A DNA stretch of 64,000 nucleotides from the NCBI GenBank assembly GCA_965248255.1, contig CBDFIW010000004.1, positions 578,083-642,082 on the forward strand, given 5' to 3'. The DNA is from Bryobacterales bacterium. GTDB taxonomy: Bacteria > Acidobacteriota > Terriglobia > Bryobacterales > UBA6623. Position numbers and translations under genes: made by a program. Positions 1-8,252 of this stretch are shown here, one piece after another. Under the pieces are notes generated by a model, which made no database searches, was not told the DNA's origin, and worked only from the letters and a program-made list of their open reading frames with translations. The number at the start of each line of letters is the position of its first letter. Position 1 is the stretch's first letter.

Positions 1-159
1 CTTGACGAAGTCCTGGCGGGCGAAGTTTTCGGTCGCCGCCTGCCAGTACCATTCCGGCGTGCCGACCGCGGGTCCCGAGCTGCCTTCCGAGCACCCCAAC
101 GACATGGCCGCCATCAGCAGAATCAGGCAAACCGACAAGGCATTCACTCTTGCGAACAT
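1..159 (-). CDS. Putative lipoprotein, 5' part only (runs off the window start)
   Basis: Manual translation gives MFARVNALSVCLILLMAAMSLGCSEGSSGPAVGTPEWYWQ..., with a hydrophobic signal and SLGC lipobox. An AGGAGG RBS lies just upstream. Not in the ORF track. Confidence 0.7.
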   Translation of the reverse strand, partial: MFARVNALSVCLILLMAAMSLGCSEGSSGPAVGTPEWYWQAATENFARQDFVK

Positions 160-207
160 AGCTGCCTCCTCGCGAAGTGGTTTAGCATACTCCGCGCCTA
201 AACGCAA

Positions 208-223
208 CAGGGAGTGCATAGCT
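208..223 (+). repeat. 16-bp target site duplication (second copy 1813-1828)
   Basis: Exact match cagggagtgcatagct immediately outside both IS ends. Confidence 0.93.
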
Positions 224-303
224 TGTCAAGGCCCAATAGAAATGTCCCCTTCGGTAGCCCAGTAGAAGTGTCCCCTTGGTGATAGGAGAGAATCGTCATC
301 GTC

Positions 304-449
304 GGGGCTGTGGAACTGTGGGAATCGCGTAGCGATTTCCAAGGGGCGGTGGGAAGGGTGGAAAACCATCCACGGTTCCTCGAGCCCGGCACGGCTGCCG
401 CCACAAGGTTTTCCACGCTTTCCATCCGACCCGGCATTTCCACAGCCCT
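304..449 (-). other. Nested multi-hairpin non-coding region downstream of the transposase, inside the IS
   Basis: Stems gctgtggaa 307-315 / ttccacagc 438-446 and gtggaaaacc 358-367 / ggttttccac 407-416, plus hairpin gaatcgc-gta-gcgattt 322-338. Confidence 0.6.
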
Positions 450-450
450 C

Positions 451-1731
451 TTATGAATTCGCAGCTCGTGTTTTCCGCAGCACAGGTCGCCGCCAGGGGT
501 GGTTCGCCGCCGGCTTGCGTCTGGCCACCACGTTCCCCTGCGGTGCCGGCTTCGTCCGCAGCCGTGGCGTCGGCGTGGCGATCACTTCGTGCTCGATCTC
601 GTGCCCCTCAAACCTCACCTGCAAGCTCTCATCGCGCCCCTGTTGGACCGTCACCCGTGCACCCGCCCCCACGCCCTGATTGCGTTTCGGCTTCAACTGC
701 AAACAACGATTCTCGAAACGCACCACCTGGTCGTTGCTCACCACCCGTTCGTATTCGAAGCAGAACACCCCTCGCAGCTCGGTGCCGCGGGGTAGCGCCT
801 GGTGAAAGTCCGCTCCCGCCGCCGGCTCGCAGCAGAAGCGCTCGTTGTGCTCGGCTAAGTACTCCTCGCCGAGGTAACGGTTCGCCGCCTCGTAATCAAC
901 GATGCCCCGCAGCCGCATCTTCTTGATCAGGCGGTCCTGGTGCGTGCCGTGATGGCGTTCGACACGTCCCTTGGCTTGCGGCGACGATGCGGCAATGATG
1001 CCAATGCCAAGCTTCGCGCACATGCGCCCGAACTGCGTCTCGGGCTTGATGCCTTCCAGTGCTTCCCGCGACGTCGGCTGGCGCTGGTAGACGTTTTTCC
1101 AGTCGCAGTACAACGCCTTGGGAACGCCGTGTTGGCGCACCCAGGCTTGGAGCAGATCGGCCGCGGCCCAGGTCGTTTCCTGGCCCGAGAAGCGGCACAG
1201 TGCAAGACCGGTCGCGTCATCGACAAAGTTCATCAAACAGGCTTTCGGGCCGCGTCCTTCCAGCCAGTGGTGGTGCGAACCGTCGAGTTGAATCAGCTCG
1301 CCGAAGTGCGCTTTGCGTTGCCGCCGGCTGCGATGCGGTGGGCGCTTGCGACTCCGGCTCCACAGGCCCGCCGCGAGCATCCAGCGCCGCAGCGTTTCGC
1401 GCGGCACTTCCAGGCCCTGATCGGCTGCCAGATGTTCCGACGCCAGCGTCGGCCCGCAGCGCTCGTGTCCCTCGCCCGCATAGTTTGCGTGCACCAACTC
1501 GAGAACCTGCTCGCGGCGCTTGTCATCGGCTCGGTTCGAAGCGCGGCCGACGTTACCGTGCACCAAAGCCTTGACCCCGCCTGCTCGGTAACGCTTGTTG
1601 AGCCGCTTCGCTTGGCGGTAGCTGACCTCCAGCAGTGCGGTGGCTTCGGTCAACTTCAGTTCCCCTCGTTTCACTCGGCTCAGCACTTCGCCGCGCCTCA
1701 ACTCCTTGGCACTCATCCATGTCCTTCCCAA
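451..1731 (-). CDS. tnp: ISNCY/IS1202-family DDE transposase (HTH + rve core)
   Basis: 426 aa. N-terminal HTH; DDE motifs QLDGS, YCDWK and PQAKGRVER. Confidence 0.93.
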   Translation of the reverse strand: MGRTWMSAKELRRGEVLSRVKRGELKLTEATALLEVSYRQAKRLNKRYRAGGVKALVHGNVGRASNRADDKRREQVLELVHANYAGEGHERCGPTLASEHLAADQGLEVPRETLRRWMLAAGLWSRSRKRPPHRSRRQRKAHFGELIQLDGSHHHWLEGRGPKACLMNFVDDATGLALCRFSGQETTWAAADLLQAWVRQHGVPKALYCDWKNVYQRQPTSREALEGIKPETQFGRMCAKLGIGIIAASSPQAKGRVERHHGTHQDRLIKKMRLRGIVDYEAANRYLGEEYLAEHNERFCCEPAAGADFHQALPRGTELRGVFCFEYERVVSNDQVVRFENRCLQLKPKRNQGVGAGARVTVQQGRDESLQVRFEGHEIEHEVIATPTPRLRTKPAPQGNVVARRKPAANHPWRRPVLRKTRAANS

Positions 1732-1908
1732 TCTTTCACCTCCTCGCAGAGGTCCAGATTAGGGGACATTTCTATTGGGCGCTCAAGGGGACATTATCAT
1801 TGGGCTTCAACACAGGGAGTGCATAGCTCCCGCACGGTCGCTTTCACGCCCCCATGCATCGGGGACGCCCGCCGATCATTGGCCTCAGCAGGCCGGCCGG
1901 CGGAAGAG

Positions 1909-3537
1909 CTATCGGAGTTCAATGAGCGCAAAGCGGCCGAGGCGGTCAACCCATACCTCGGTCATCAAGCCGCGCTTCACAGCCTTGAGTGAGCGGGCTT
2001 CTCCCGCCGCGTCCCGCAGCGTAGCGGTCTGAAAGGCGCCGTCCACGCGTACGGGAAAACCTTGCTCCAGGGGCGCGTCGTAGTTGATGAGGTGAATCTG
2101 TGCGGACGACTGCGTCCGCTGCGTTGCCAGACCAACCACCGCAGGGGCATTCCACAGCCGCAGGTCACGGACACGGACGCCGACCAGGTCGATGACGTCG
2201 AGCGCGAACTCGCTGGGGTCGAGAATCGGATCGTGATAGGCGACGATGCGGCCGTTGCCGAACGAGTAGTGCTCGCGGTCTCGGTCAGAGCGCGCCTTCT
2301 CAGCACCCTCGAGAAGCCACCATTCCGGGGAGCTGCGCTCGGCGGGCGCCGTGACAAGGAGACCTCCGGCCCGGACATACCCCGAGATGCGCCGCAGCTC
2401 GGCCCGGCCGGGCGGCGCAATGTTCGCGGCCACGAGGCCACGGAAGTGGCTCGAATCAAGCACCGGAAGATCGTCCGTCGGGTAGACGAGTGGAAACAAG
2501 TTGCGGCGGTAAAGCAGATTCAGAATCTCGCCCGACTCGACCAATGTGCCCGCCGCCACGGCCATGCGCGAGCGATTTGGCCTCGTGAATTCATCGCGAT
2601 TCCGCTGGAGAAAGTGAGCCGTTCGTCCCAACGACTCCCAAGCCGCCACGGCTTCCGCCTCGCCCGCAAGTAGAGCTTTGCGATAGTCGGTCTCGACGGA
2701 GAGGACGACATTGCCCCCGGCCAGAGAGGCCTCGACCAAGGCCACTTCGAGGGATTCGTACGGTACCGCGCGGCCACCCGAAATGCCGGCGGAGGCATCG
2801 GGACGATAGGCGAGCGCCGCCGGACGTCTGGGGAACAGACCCCGCAAATAGCCGAATAGATACGAGTTGGAATCGACCCACGGCTCGCGGCTGGCCGTGG
2901 CCACTTCGATCCCCCGTCCCTTAACGTTCGGGGGCCTGCGGACGCCGGGCCACAGCCCAGCCTTGAGAATCGTATGCGCGCCGGGCAAGTCCCAGTGGAT
3001 CTGATCGCGGCTGAGGAAAATCAGTGCGTCGTAGCCCCGCAGTTGGCTGATGAAGTCACGCAGCGGCTCAGGCTCACCGAAAGCCCCGGCAGCGTCGAGG
3101 GCGATCGCCCCGAAGCCCGCGGTGCGAGCTGTTTCGGCCGTCGTGAGCGCTTGTTCGGCTCCCTCCTGAACGCCCAGCTCCGCAATGGGAGTGACACCCG
3201 CCTTGCCGCAGGCGTCTGCGAAAGCCTTGGTCGCGTCATCGGCGGGCCACGGCAGCAAGACGGCCGTCCAGCCGCCCTTCACCAGCAGGCCGACGTTGTC
3301 GAGCTTGGCCGCCGCGGGCTCAACCTCCGTGTCCCAACGGCCCATCACCTGGAAACCCAGGTCGAATTCGGCTTGCAACGGCGCGCTGAACATGACGGCG
3401 CACCCCAACAGGCAGAGCAAGCGCCGGTCGGAATGTGGCGGAGATTCCTTAGGCGCAGGAGCTGTAGGGGCGGGCCCCCGTGCCCGCCCGACTGCTCGTT
3501 TACCATTGAGCCCGCTTTGCGACAGTGCACTAGCCAT
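1909..3537 (-). CDS. Hypothetical secreted protein, C-terminus resembling a class I GATase-like/beta-galactosidase trimerisation domain
   Basis: Long ORF with a hydrophobic signal-like segment (RRLLCLLGCAVMFSAPLQA). Start codon uncertain. The domain call is by resemblance only. Confidence 0.6.
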   Translation of the reverse strand: MASALSQSGLNGKRAVGRARGPAPTAPAPKESPPHSDRRLLCLLGCAVMFSAPLQAEFDLGFQVMGRWDTEVEPAAAKLDNVGLLVKGGWTAVLLPWPADDATKAFADACGKAGVTPIAELGVQEGAEQALTTAETARTAGFGAIALDAAGAFGEPEPLRDFISQLRGYDALIFLSRDQIHWDLPGAHTILKAGLWPGVRRPPNVKGRGIEVATASREPWVDSNSYLFGYLRGLFPRRPAALAYRPDASAGISGGRAVPYESLEVALVEASLAGGNVVLSVETDYRKALLAGEAEAVAAWESLGRTAHFLQRNRDEFTRPNRSRMAVAAGTLVESGEILNLLYRRNLFPLVYPTDDLPVLDSSHFRGLVAANIAPPGRAELRRISGYVRAGGLLVTAPAERSSPEWWLLEGAEKARSDRDREHYSFGNGRIVAYHDPILDPSEFALDVIDLVGVRVRDLRLWNAPAVVGLATQRTQSSAQIHLINYDAPLEQGFPVRVDGAFQTATLRDAAGEARSLKAVKRGLMTEVWVDRLGRFALIELR

Positions 3538-3568
3538 GCGCTGCGGCCAGTTTACACCATCAGTCGGT

Positions 3569-4037
3569 CCCAGATCCGTACGTAAGGATTCTGACGAACG
3601 CTTGAAGCCCGGTACGCCGCAACCCGATGAATCCAACCACGGGTCTGAGCCCGGTAGGGCGTCACAATCCTAGCCCATGGATTTATCCATGGGTGTCGGT
3701 CCCGAGCACCCTTCACCCGGTGCCAGGCTGTTTCTGGTCGCGCGCGGTCGACGGCCACGCGCGACCAGAAACAGCCTTGGGTGAAACGAGTTGATGTGGG
3801 TGCGTTCGGAACCCATGGATGAATCCATGGGCTAGGATTGTTCGACCCTTGCCGGGTCGGCAGATCGACACACATTACCCACGAGTCCGCAGCCCCAGCC
3901 GCTGCCTTTGAAGTTTTCTACCCTCAACACCCGGCGGGTGAGCCAACCCCAAACCCATCCACTCTCTTCCCGCTCCCCCCGTCGAGTCATCACTGCATGA
4001 CGACACACACTCCCCCTAGCTTACGTACGGATCTGGG
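3569..4037. repeat. Nested palindromic element: MITE-like outer IR enclosing a REPIN-like unit
   Basis: Perfect 18-bp IR cccagatccgtacgtaag 3569-3586 / 4020-4037. Inner 31-bp IR 3664-3694 / 3811-3841 (1 mismatch), each arm containing CCCATGGAT..ATCCATGGG. Central 20-bp perfect stem 3725-3744 / 3758-3777. Confidence 0.8.
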
Positions 4038-4147
4038 TCGGTAGCCCAGCCCTTTCGATACGCTAATGTTGAGAGAGCGTCGTCAGCGGCGCAGGCCTGT
4101 CGTCTCTCAGCCGGTCGTTCCGCGGCGATCGCGCCAACATTCCCGTC

Positions 4148-4474
4148 GTGAGCTCCGCCAGTCCGAACTTTGCCGGGCTATTCAGCCGCTGGCCCTGGCG
4201 GCCCATCCCAAGCTGTCCGGGGCGTTTTGTTCTGTCACCAAGGGAGTTCAAGGGTCCACCGGAGGATCTGGTGGGCCAAGGATCGGACTCACGAGAGTTC
4301 CAAGTCAAGACTGCACAAGACCCGGTGGTCGTCACGGCCTTCGAGGCGGGCGGCTTGATCTCCTACCGAAAATCCGATGGCGGCTACCTGCACACGCTCA
4401 ATACCGAGGAGGGGTTCCGCAGAAAGCTGGAACAGTTGGGTATTGGCTTGACGCCGCTGGACTCAGACGTCTGA
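4148..4474 (+). CDS. Conserved hypothetical protein
   Basis: 108 aa with protein-like motifs (FSRWPWRPIPSCPGRFVL; GGLISYRKSDGGYLHTLNTEEGFRRKLEQLG). Confidence 0.7.
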   Translation: MSSASPNFAGLFSRWPWRPIPSCPGRFVLSPREFKGPPEDLVGQGSDSREFQVKTAQDPVVVTAFEAGGLISYRKSDGGYLHTLNTEEGFRRKLEQLGIGLTPLDSDV

Positions 4475-4531
4475 GTCTTCTTGAAGGTGAGATGGGAGGA
4501 CTCGTGGCCGGTTGGAACACTCGTCGCGCGG

Positions 4532-4711
4532 CTACTGAATGACGACGTTGCCGTCTTCATCGAGCCAGGCGATATCGTCGTTCACGTGTTTTTCTTTCCC
4601 CTGCTTCTCGACCTTGCGCTGTGCGCGCTTCTCGGCTTTCTCGCGCTGCTTTTCCTGACGCGCGAGCTCTTTGAGCCTTTTTTGGAAAGCGGTGTTTGAT
4701 CGGCTGGCCAC
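4532..4711 (-). CDS. Small basic coiled-coil hypothetical protein (59 aa)
   Basis: GTG start after a GGGAGG RBS: MASRSNTAFQKRLKELARQEKQREKAEKRAQRK... Confidence 0.75.
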   Translation of the reverse strand: MASRSNTAFQKRLKELARQEKQREKAEKRAQRKVEKQGKEKHVNDDIAWLDEDGNVVIQ

Positions 4712-5169
4712 GGGCGTTCCCTCCCTCTTGTCGGCACCGGGCAAGCAGGGCGCGGCGCGCTCTTGTTCGTCCTGGAACACGTAGCATATGGCCGGCCGCA
4801 CAGCCGCTCCAGCCACGTCCAAAACAGCTATCACACACCCGCCCCCCCGGTCGCCGTGAGAGATCTCACGACTCACAAGTAACAGGACCGTGACAAAAAA
4901 AGAGCGGGAGCTAGAGACGGAGCAGCGGCACGCGCAGCAAGCCGGCTTCAATGCCACAGGGGGTTCTTCCAATAGTTTAGCGTGCCCTCACGCGGATTGC
5001 CAGTTGAGCGGTTCTGGCGTCACACGCCTAGCCTCGGGCTCGGAGAGACCTGCGGCTCTGTGCTGTTCTTATCCCTGATCCGTCCGCAAGCCGTTCCGAC
5101 TGACGCACCGCAAGGTACTGCGCGCCGTGGCGGTCTCCATCGCTACACTGTGGCTGTCAGCATCCAAGA

Positions 5170-6054
5170 GTGTCGGTTCATCTGAGTGGGGGCTTTGTGG
5201 GGCAAGAGATCGTTTACCGAGTAACGTCGATCGGGCGCCCGCTCGATCCTAATTACCCGACAAACAAGGCGGTGTTGTTCCTCATGCCGCTTGCGGGACT
5301 CATCGCGGGTGCTGCAGCGGGGCTCCGAGGTGCAGACGCTCCACAAGTCGGCTTGGGCGCACTAACAGGCGCGCTCGTCGTCTTCGGCGCGTGGGCTTTG
5401 GGGCGAGAGCTGGCGCCCGACCACCATGCGGTTGCCTTTGCCGGCATGACCTTTGCTTTCATCGCGTTCGTGGTGGTCGGCTCGCCGAGCCTCATCTTGC
5501 TGTTTGCGACGCTTTTTCTGGTCCGAATCGTGAACCGCAGCGTCGGTTGGCCGGCGCGGTTGACCGATTCGATCACTGTCTTCTTGCTGATTGTTTGGGT
5601 TTTGTACAGCACCCGAAACGTGCTGCTTGGAGTCGTCGGCGCCCTGGCGTTTCTCCTTGATGCCGTCCTGCGCGATGCCAAGCGTCAGCAGTTCGCCTTT
5701 GCCGTGCTCTGCCTAGCTGCATCCGGCGCTTGGGCGTTCCAACACGGCCCTCGCTTCGACCCCGGGGCACTGGGCAACCCACTGAGATGGATGGTCATAA
5801 CGGTAAGCGTTGGATTCGGGCTTGCCATCTTGAGGACGCGGCGGGTGAGCAGTGCCGGTGACGTGACAGGGGTCCCCTTGTCGCTGTCCCGCGTACGGGC
5901 GGGGATGCTGATTGGCCTCCTTATGGCGTTAGCGCCGCTGGCCGTTGGAGCTGACGGCGTTGAGGCCTCCAGTCCGGTTTGGGCTGCGCTGAGCGGCGTC
6001 TTGTTGCAAGGCCTCGCCCGCAAGCCGTCTGGGACGCAGACCGTGCTAGGATAG
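5170..6054 (+). CDS. Hypothetical integral membrane protein
   Basis: 294 aa with many hydrophobic helices. Start uncertain. Confidence 0.7.
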   Translation: MSVHLSGGFVGQEIVYRVTSIGRPLDPNYPTNKAVLFLMPLAGLIAGAAAGLRGADAPQVGLGALTGALVVFGAWALGRELAPDHHAVAFAGMTFAFIAFVVVGSPSLILLFATLFLVRIVNRSVGWPARLTDSITVFLLIVWVLYSTRNVLLGVVGALAFLLDAVLRDAKRQQFAFAVLCLAASGAWAFQHGPRFDPGALGNPLRWMVITVSVGFGLAILRTRRVSSAGDVTGVPLSLSRVRAGMLIGLLMALAPLAVGADGVEASSPVWAALSGVLLQGLARKPSGTQTVLG

Positions 6055-6153
6055 CGCGCGGCCTCGTTCGAGCAAAAAATTCACATATCCCTATCTTCCA
6101 AGCAAGACCCCAGACGGACGTTGTGGTTGTGCTCCGCGTTTAGAGAGGTTGGC

Positions 6154-7533
6154 ATGGCTAATCGATACGACGCCATTGTGATCGGCACGGGCCAGGCGGG
6201 CCCCTCACTCACGGCACGCCTTTCGGGGGAAGGCCTGAACACAGCGGTCATTGAACGCAAGCTGTTCGGCGGAACCTGCGTCAACACCGGCTGTACGCCG
6301 ACTAAGGCCATGGTCGCGAGTGCTCGCGCCGCCTACATCGCCCGGAGGGCTGCTGACTTCGGCGTGCTGATTGACGGAACGGTTCAGGTCGACATGAAGA
6401 AGGTCAAGGAGCGCAAGGATGCCATTGTCGGGCACTCGAATCAGGGCCTCGAAAGCTGGCTCGGGACGATGAGGAACGTGACGGTGTTTCGCGGCCACGC
6501 TCGCTTTACAGGTCGCGACACCGTTGAGATCGGAGACGCGTCACTCCAGGCAGAGAGGATCTTCATCAACGTCGGTGGCCGGGCGTTTATCCCGCCGGTC
6601 GGGGGTTTGGAGGATGTCGATTACCTGACCAACTCGAGCCTCATGGAGGTCGACTTCCTACCGGAACACCTCGTGATCTTGGGCGGCGGCTACATTGCAC
6701 TCGAGTTCGGCCAGATGTTCCGGCGCTTTGGAAGCCGGGTCACGATCGTGCAGCGCAGCGGACGGATCCTTTCTCGAGAGGACAACGACATCGCCGAGAC
6801 AATTGCCGAGATCCTGAAGAACGAAGGCATTGACGTTTGCATCGATGCTGGGAAATACCAGGTGGAGAGTCGCAACGGCGGTATCTTCGTGCGGATGCAG
6901 TGCGAAGGCAAGCCGCATGAAGTGGTCGGGTCGCACCTACTAGTGGCGACCGGAAGGCGCCCGAACACAGACGATCTTGGGCTGGACAAAGCGGGCATCG
7001 AGACGAACGAGGGCGGCTACATCCGGGTCGACGACCAACTCCGGACGAGCGTGGAGGGAGTCTGGGCACTAGGCGACTGCAACGGCCGTGGGGCGTTCAC
7101 ACATACGAGCTACAACGACTTCGAGATTGTTGCGGCCAATCTCTTCGACAACGATTCACGTCGTGTCAGCGATCGGATTCTGAACTTCGGCCTATACATC
7201 GATCCCCCGCTCGGCCGCGTAGGGATGACCGAGCAAGAGGTCCGCGCCTCAGGCCGCAAGGCGTTGATCGCCACGCGCCCGATGACGCGCGTGGCGCGCG
7301 CTGTCGAGAAGGGCGAGACGCAAGGCTTCATGAAAGCGCTCGTCGACGCCGAGACGAAGCGGTTTCTGGGAGCGGCGATCCTCGGCGTTGGCGGAGACGA
7401 GGTCGTGCACTCCGTCCTCGAAGCGATGTACGCCGATGTTCCGTACACGGTGCTCCAGCGGGCGGTGCATAATCACCCGACCGTAACGGAGTTGATTCCC
7501 ACCATGCTGCAGGACCTCACACCGTTGGAGTAG
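6154..7533 (+). CDS. FAD-dependent pyridine nucleotide-disulfide oxidoreductase (dihydrolipoamide dehydrogenase/RclA/MerA-like family)
   Basis: GTGQAG FAD motif, GGTCVNTGCTPTK redox disulfide, GGGYIALE and HPTVTE. No C-terminal Cys pair. Confidence 0.9.
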   Translation: MANRYDAIVIGTGQAGPSLTARLSGEGLNTAVIERKLFGGTCVNTGCTPTKAMVASARAAYIARRAADFGVLIDGTVQVDMKKVKERKDAIVGHSNQGLESWLGTMRNVTVFRGHARFTGRDTVEIGDASLQAERIFINVGGRAFIPPVGGLEDVDYLTNSSLMEVDFLPEHLVILGGGYIALEFGQMFRRFGSRVTIVQRSGRILSREDNDIAETIAEILKNEGIDVCIDAGKYQVESRNGGIFVRMQCEGKPHEVVGSHLLVATGRRPNTDDLGLDKAGIETNEGGYIRVDDQLRTSVEGVWALGDCNGRGAFTHTSYNDFEIVAANLFDNDSRRVSDRILNFGLYIDPPLGRVGMTEQEVRASGRKALIATRPMTRVARAVEKGETQGFMKALVDAETKRFLGAAILGVGGDEVVHSVLEAMYADVPYTVLQRAVHNHPTVTELIPTMLQDLTPLE

Positions 7534-7629
7534 TCACGGACAGCCACCAGGAGCATCCTGCGCATGAGCCTGCGGCTGACGGACGGATACGGAGCTTGTC
7601 GCTGCTGAAATCGAGCGGCCATCCCCCAC

Positions 7630-8073
7630 CTATGTGCCGGTCGACCCGAAGCCTTGGCAACCTCGCTCCGACGCGGCGAGATGCTCTTCGACCGCCCATT
7701 CAACCGCGGCGTATCTCCCTACGATGAGCTGCGCGATACGATCACCGGGGCGAACCGTGTAGTCGTCAAGGCCATGGTTGATCATCAGTACGCGCACCTC
7801 GCCCCGATAGCCGGGATCGACCGTGCCGGGACTGTTGAGCAACGTGACTCCGAACCTACGGGCCAGGCCGCTGCGCGGACGGACTTGGCCTTCGTACCCC
7901 GCCGGTAACTCCATAGCCAGACCTGTTCCTACGCTCGCCCAGCCGCCCCGAGGCAGCGTGACTTCCTCAACCGCGAACAGGTCGAGTCCGGCGTCTTCCT
8001 CCGGCCCGTGCGCGGCGGCCGGGAGAAGTGCGTCGGGGCGAAGCCGAGTCACCGGCACAGTCAGTCTTGTCAT
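7630..8073 (-). CDS. dut: dUTP diphosphatase
   Basis: Motifs AGLDL, RPRSGLA, GTVDPGYRGE, RIAQL and RGxxGFGSTG. ATG follows GGAGG. Confidence 0.96.
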   Translation of the reverse strand: MTRLTVPVTRLRPDALLPAAAHGPEEDAGLDLFAVEEVTLPRGGWASVGTGLAMELPAGYEGQVRPRSGLARRFGVTLLNSPGTVDPGYRGEVRVLMINHGLDDYTVRPGDRIAQLIVGRYAAVEWAVEEHLAASERGCQGFGSTGT

Positions 8074-8145
8074 AGCCTCCAAGCGAAGTGGGGAGATAAT
8101 AGCAGACTTGGCCGGGGTCATCGGCCCGAGGTGTGGCGCAAGAGC

Positions 8146-8205
8146 CCAGGCTTGCCCGTGAGAATAGCGACTGACCGAGTCCTCGGTTCTCAGGTGTCCG
8201 CGAAC
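8146..8205 (+). repeat. ~58-bp dispersed repeat, copy 1 (copy 2 at 13571-13628)
   Basis: ccaggcttgcccgtgagaatRgcgactgaccgaKtcctcggttctcaggt..ccgcgaac occurs at both sites in the same orientation. Confidence 0.85.
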
Positions 8206-8252
8206 GGATGCTCCGCCCTACCCCACTAGCAAGATCCTCTACTGGAACAGGG

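Larger units (their letters stand above)
224..1812 (-). mobile_element. IS1202-family (ISNCY) insertion sequence, 1589 bp, with 16-bp target site duplication
   Basis: TGT...ACA ends. Imperfect 28-bp IRs (tgtcaaggcccaatagaaatgtcccctt / tgttgaagcccaatgataatgtcccctt) each have a second internal copy of the gcccaatagaaatgtcccct motif. The flanking direct repeat cagggagtgcatagct is at 208-223 and 1813-1828. Confidence 0.92.

Noticed and set aside
190-225. Xer/dif site targeted by the IS1202-family element
   Set aside because: No XerC/XerD-like 11-6-11 motif is visible. Xer targeting is described for the short-DR subgroup, whereas this copy has a 16-bp DR.
940-1992. Long opposite-strand ORFs (also 8208-9206, 15037-16068, 18495-19418, 23882-24913, 29970-30764, 45080-45868, 56120-57568, 62311-63228)
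   Set aside because: They are antisense shadows of well-supported genes in GC-rich DNA, with no motifs of their own.
6154-7533. Mercuric reductase (merA)
   Set aside because: It lacks the C-terminal Cys-Cys pair and N-terminal HMA domain, and there are no mer genes nearby.
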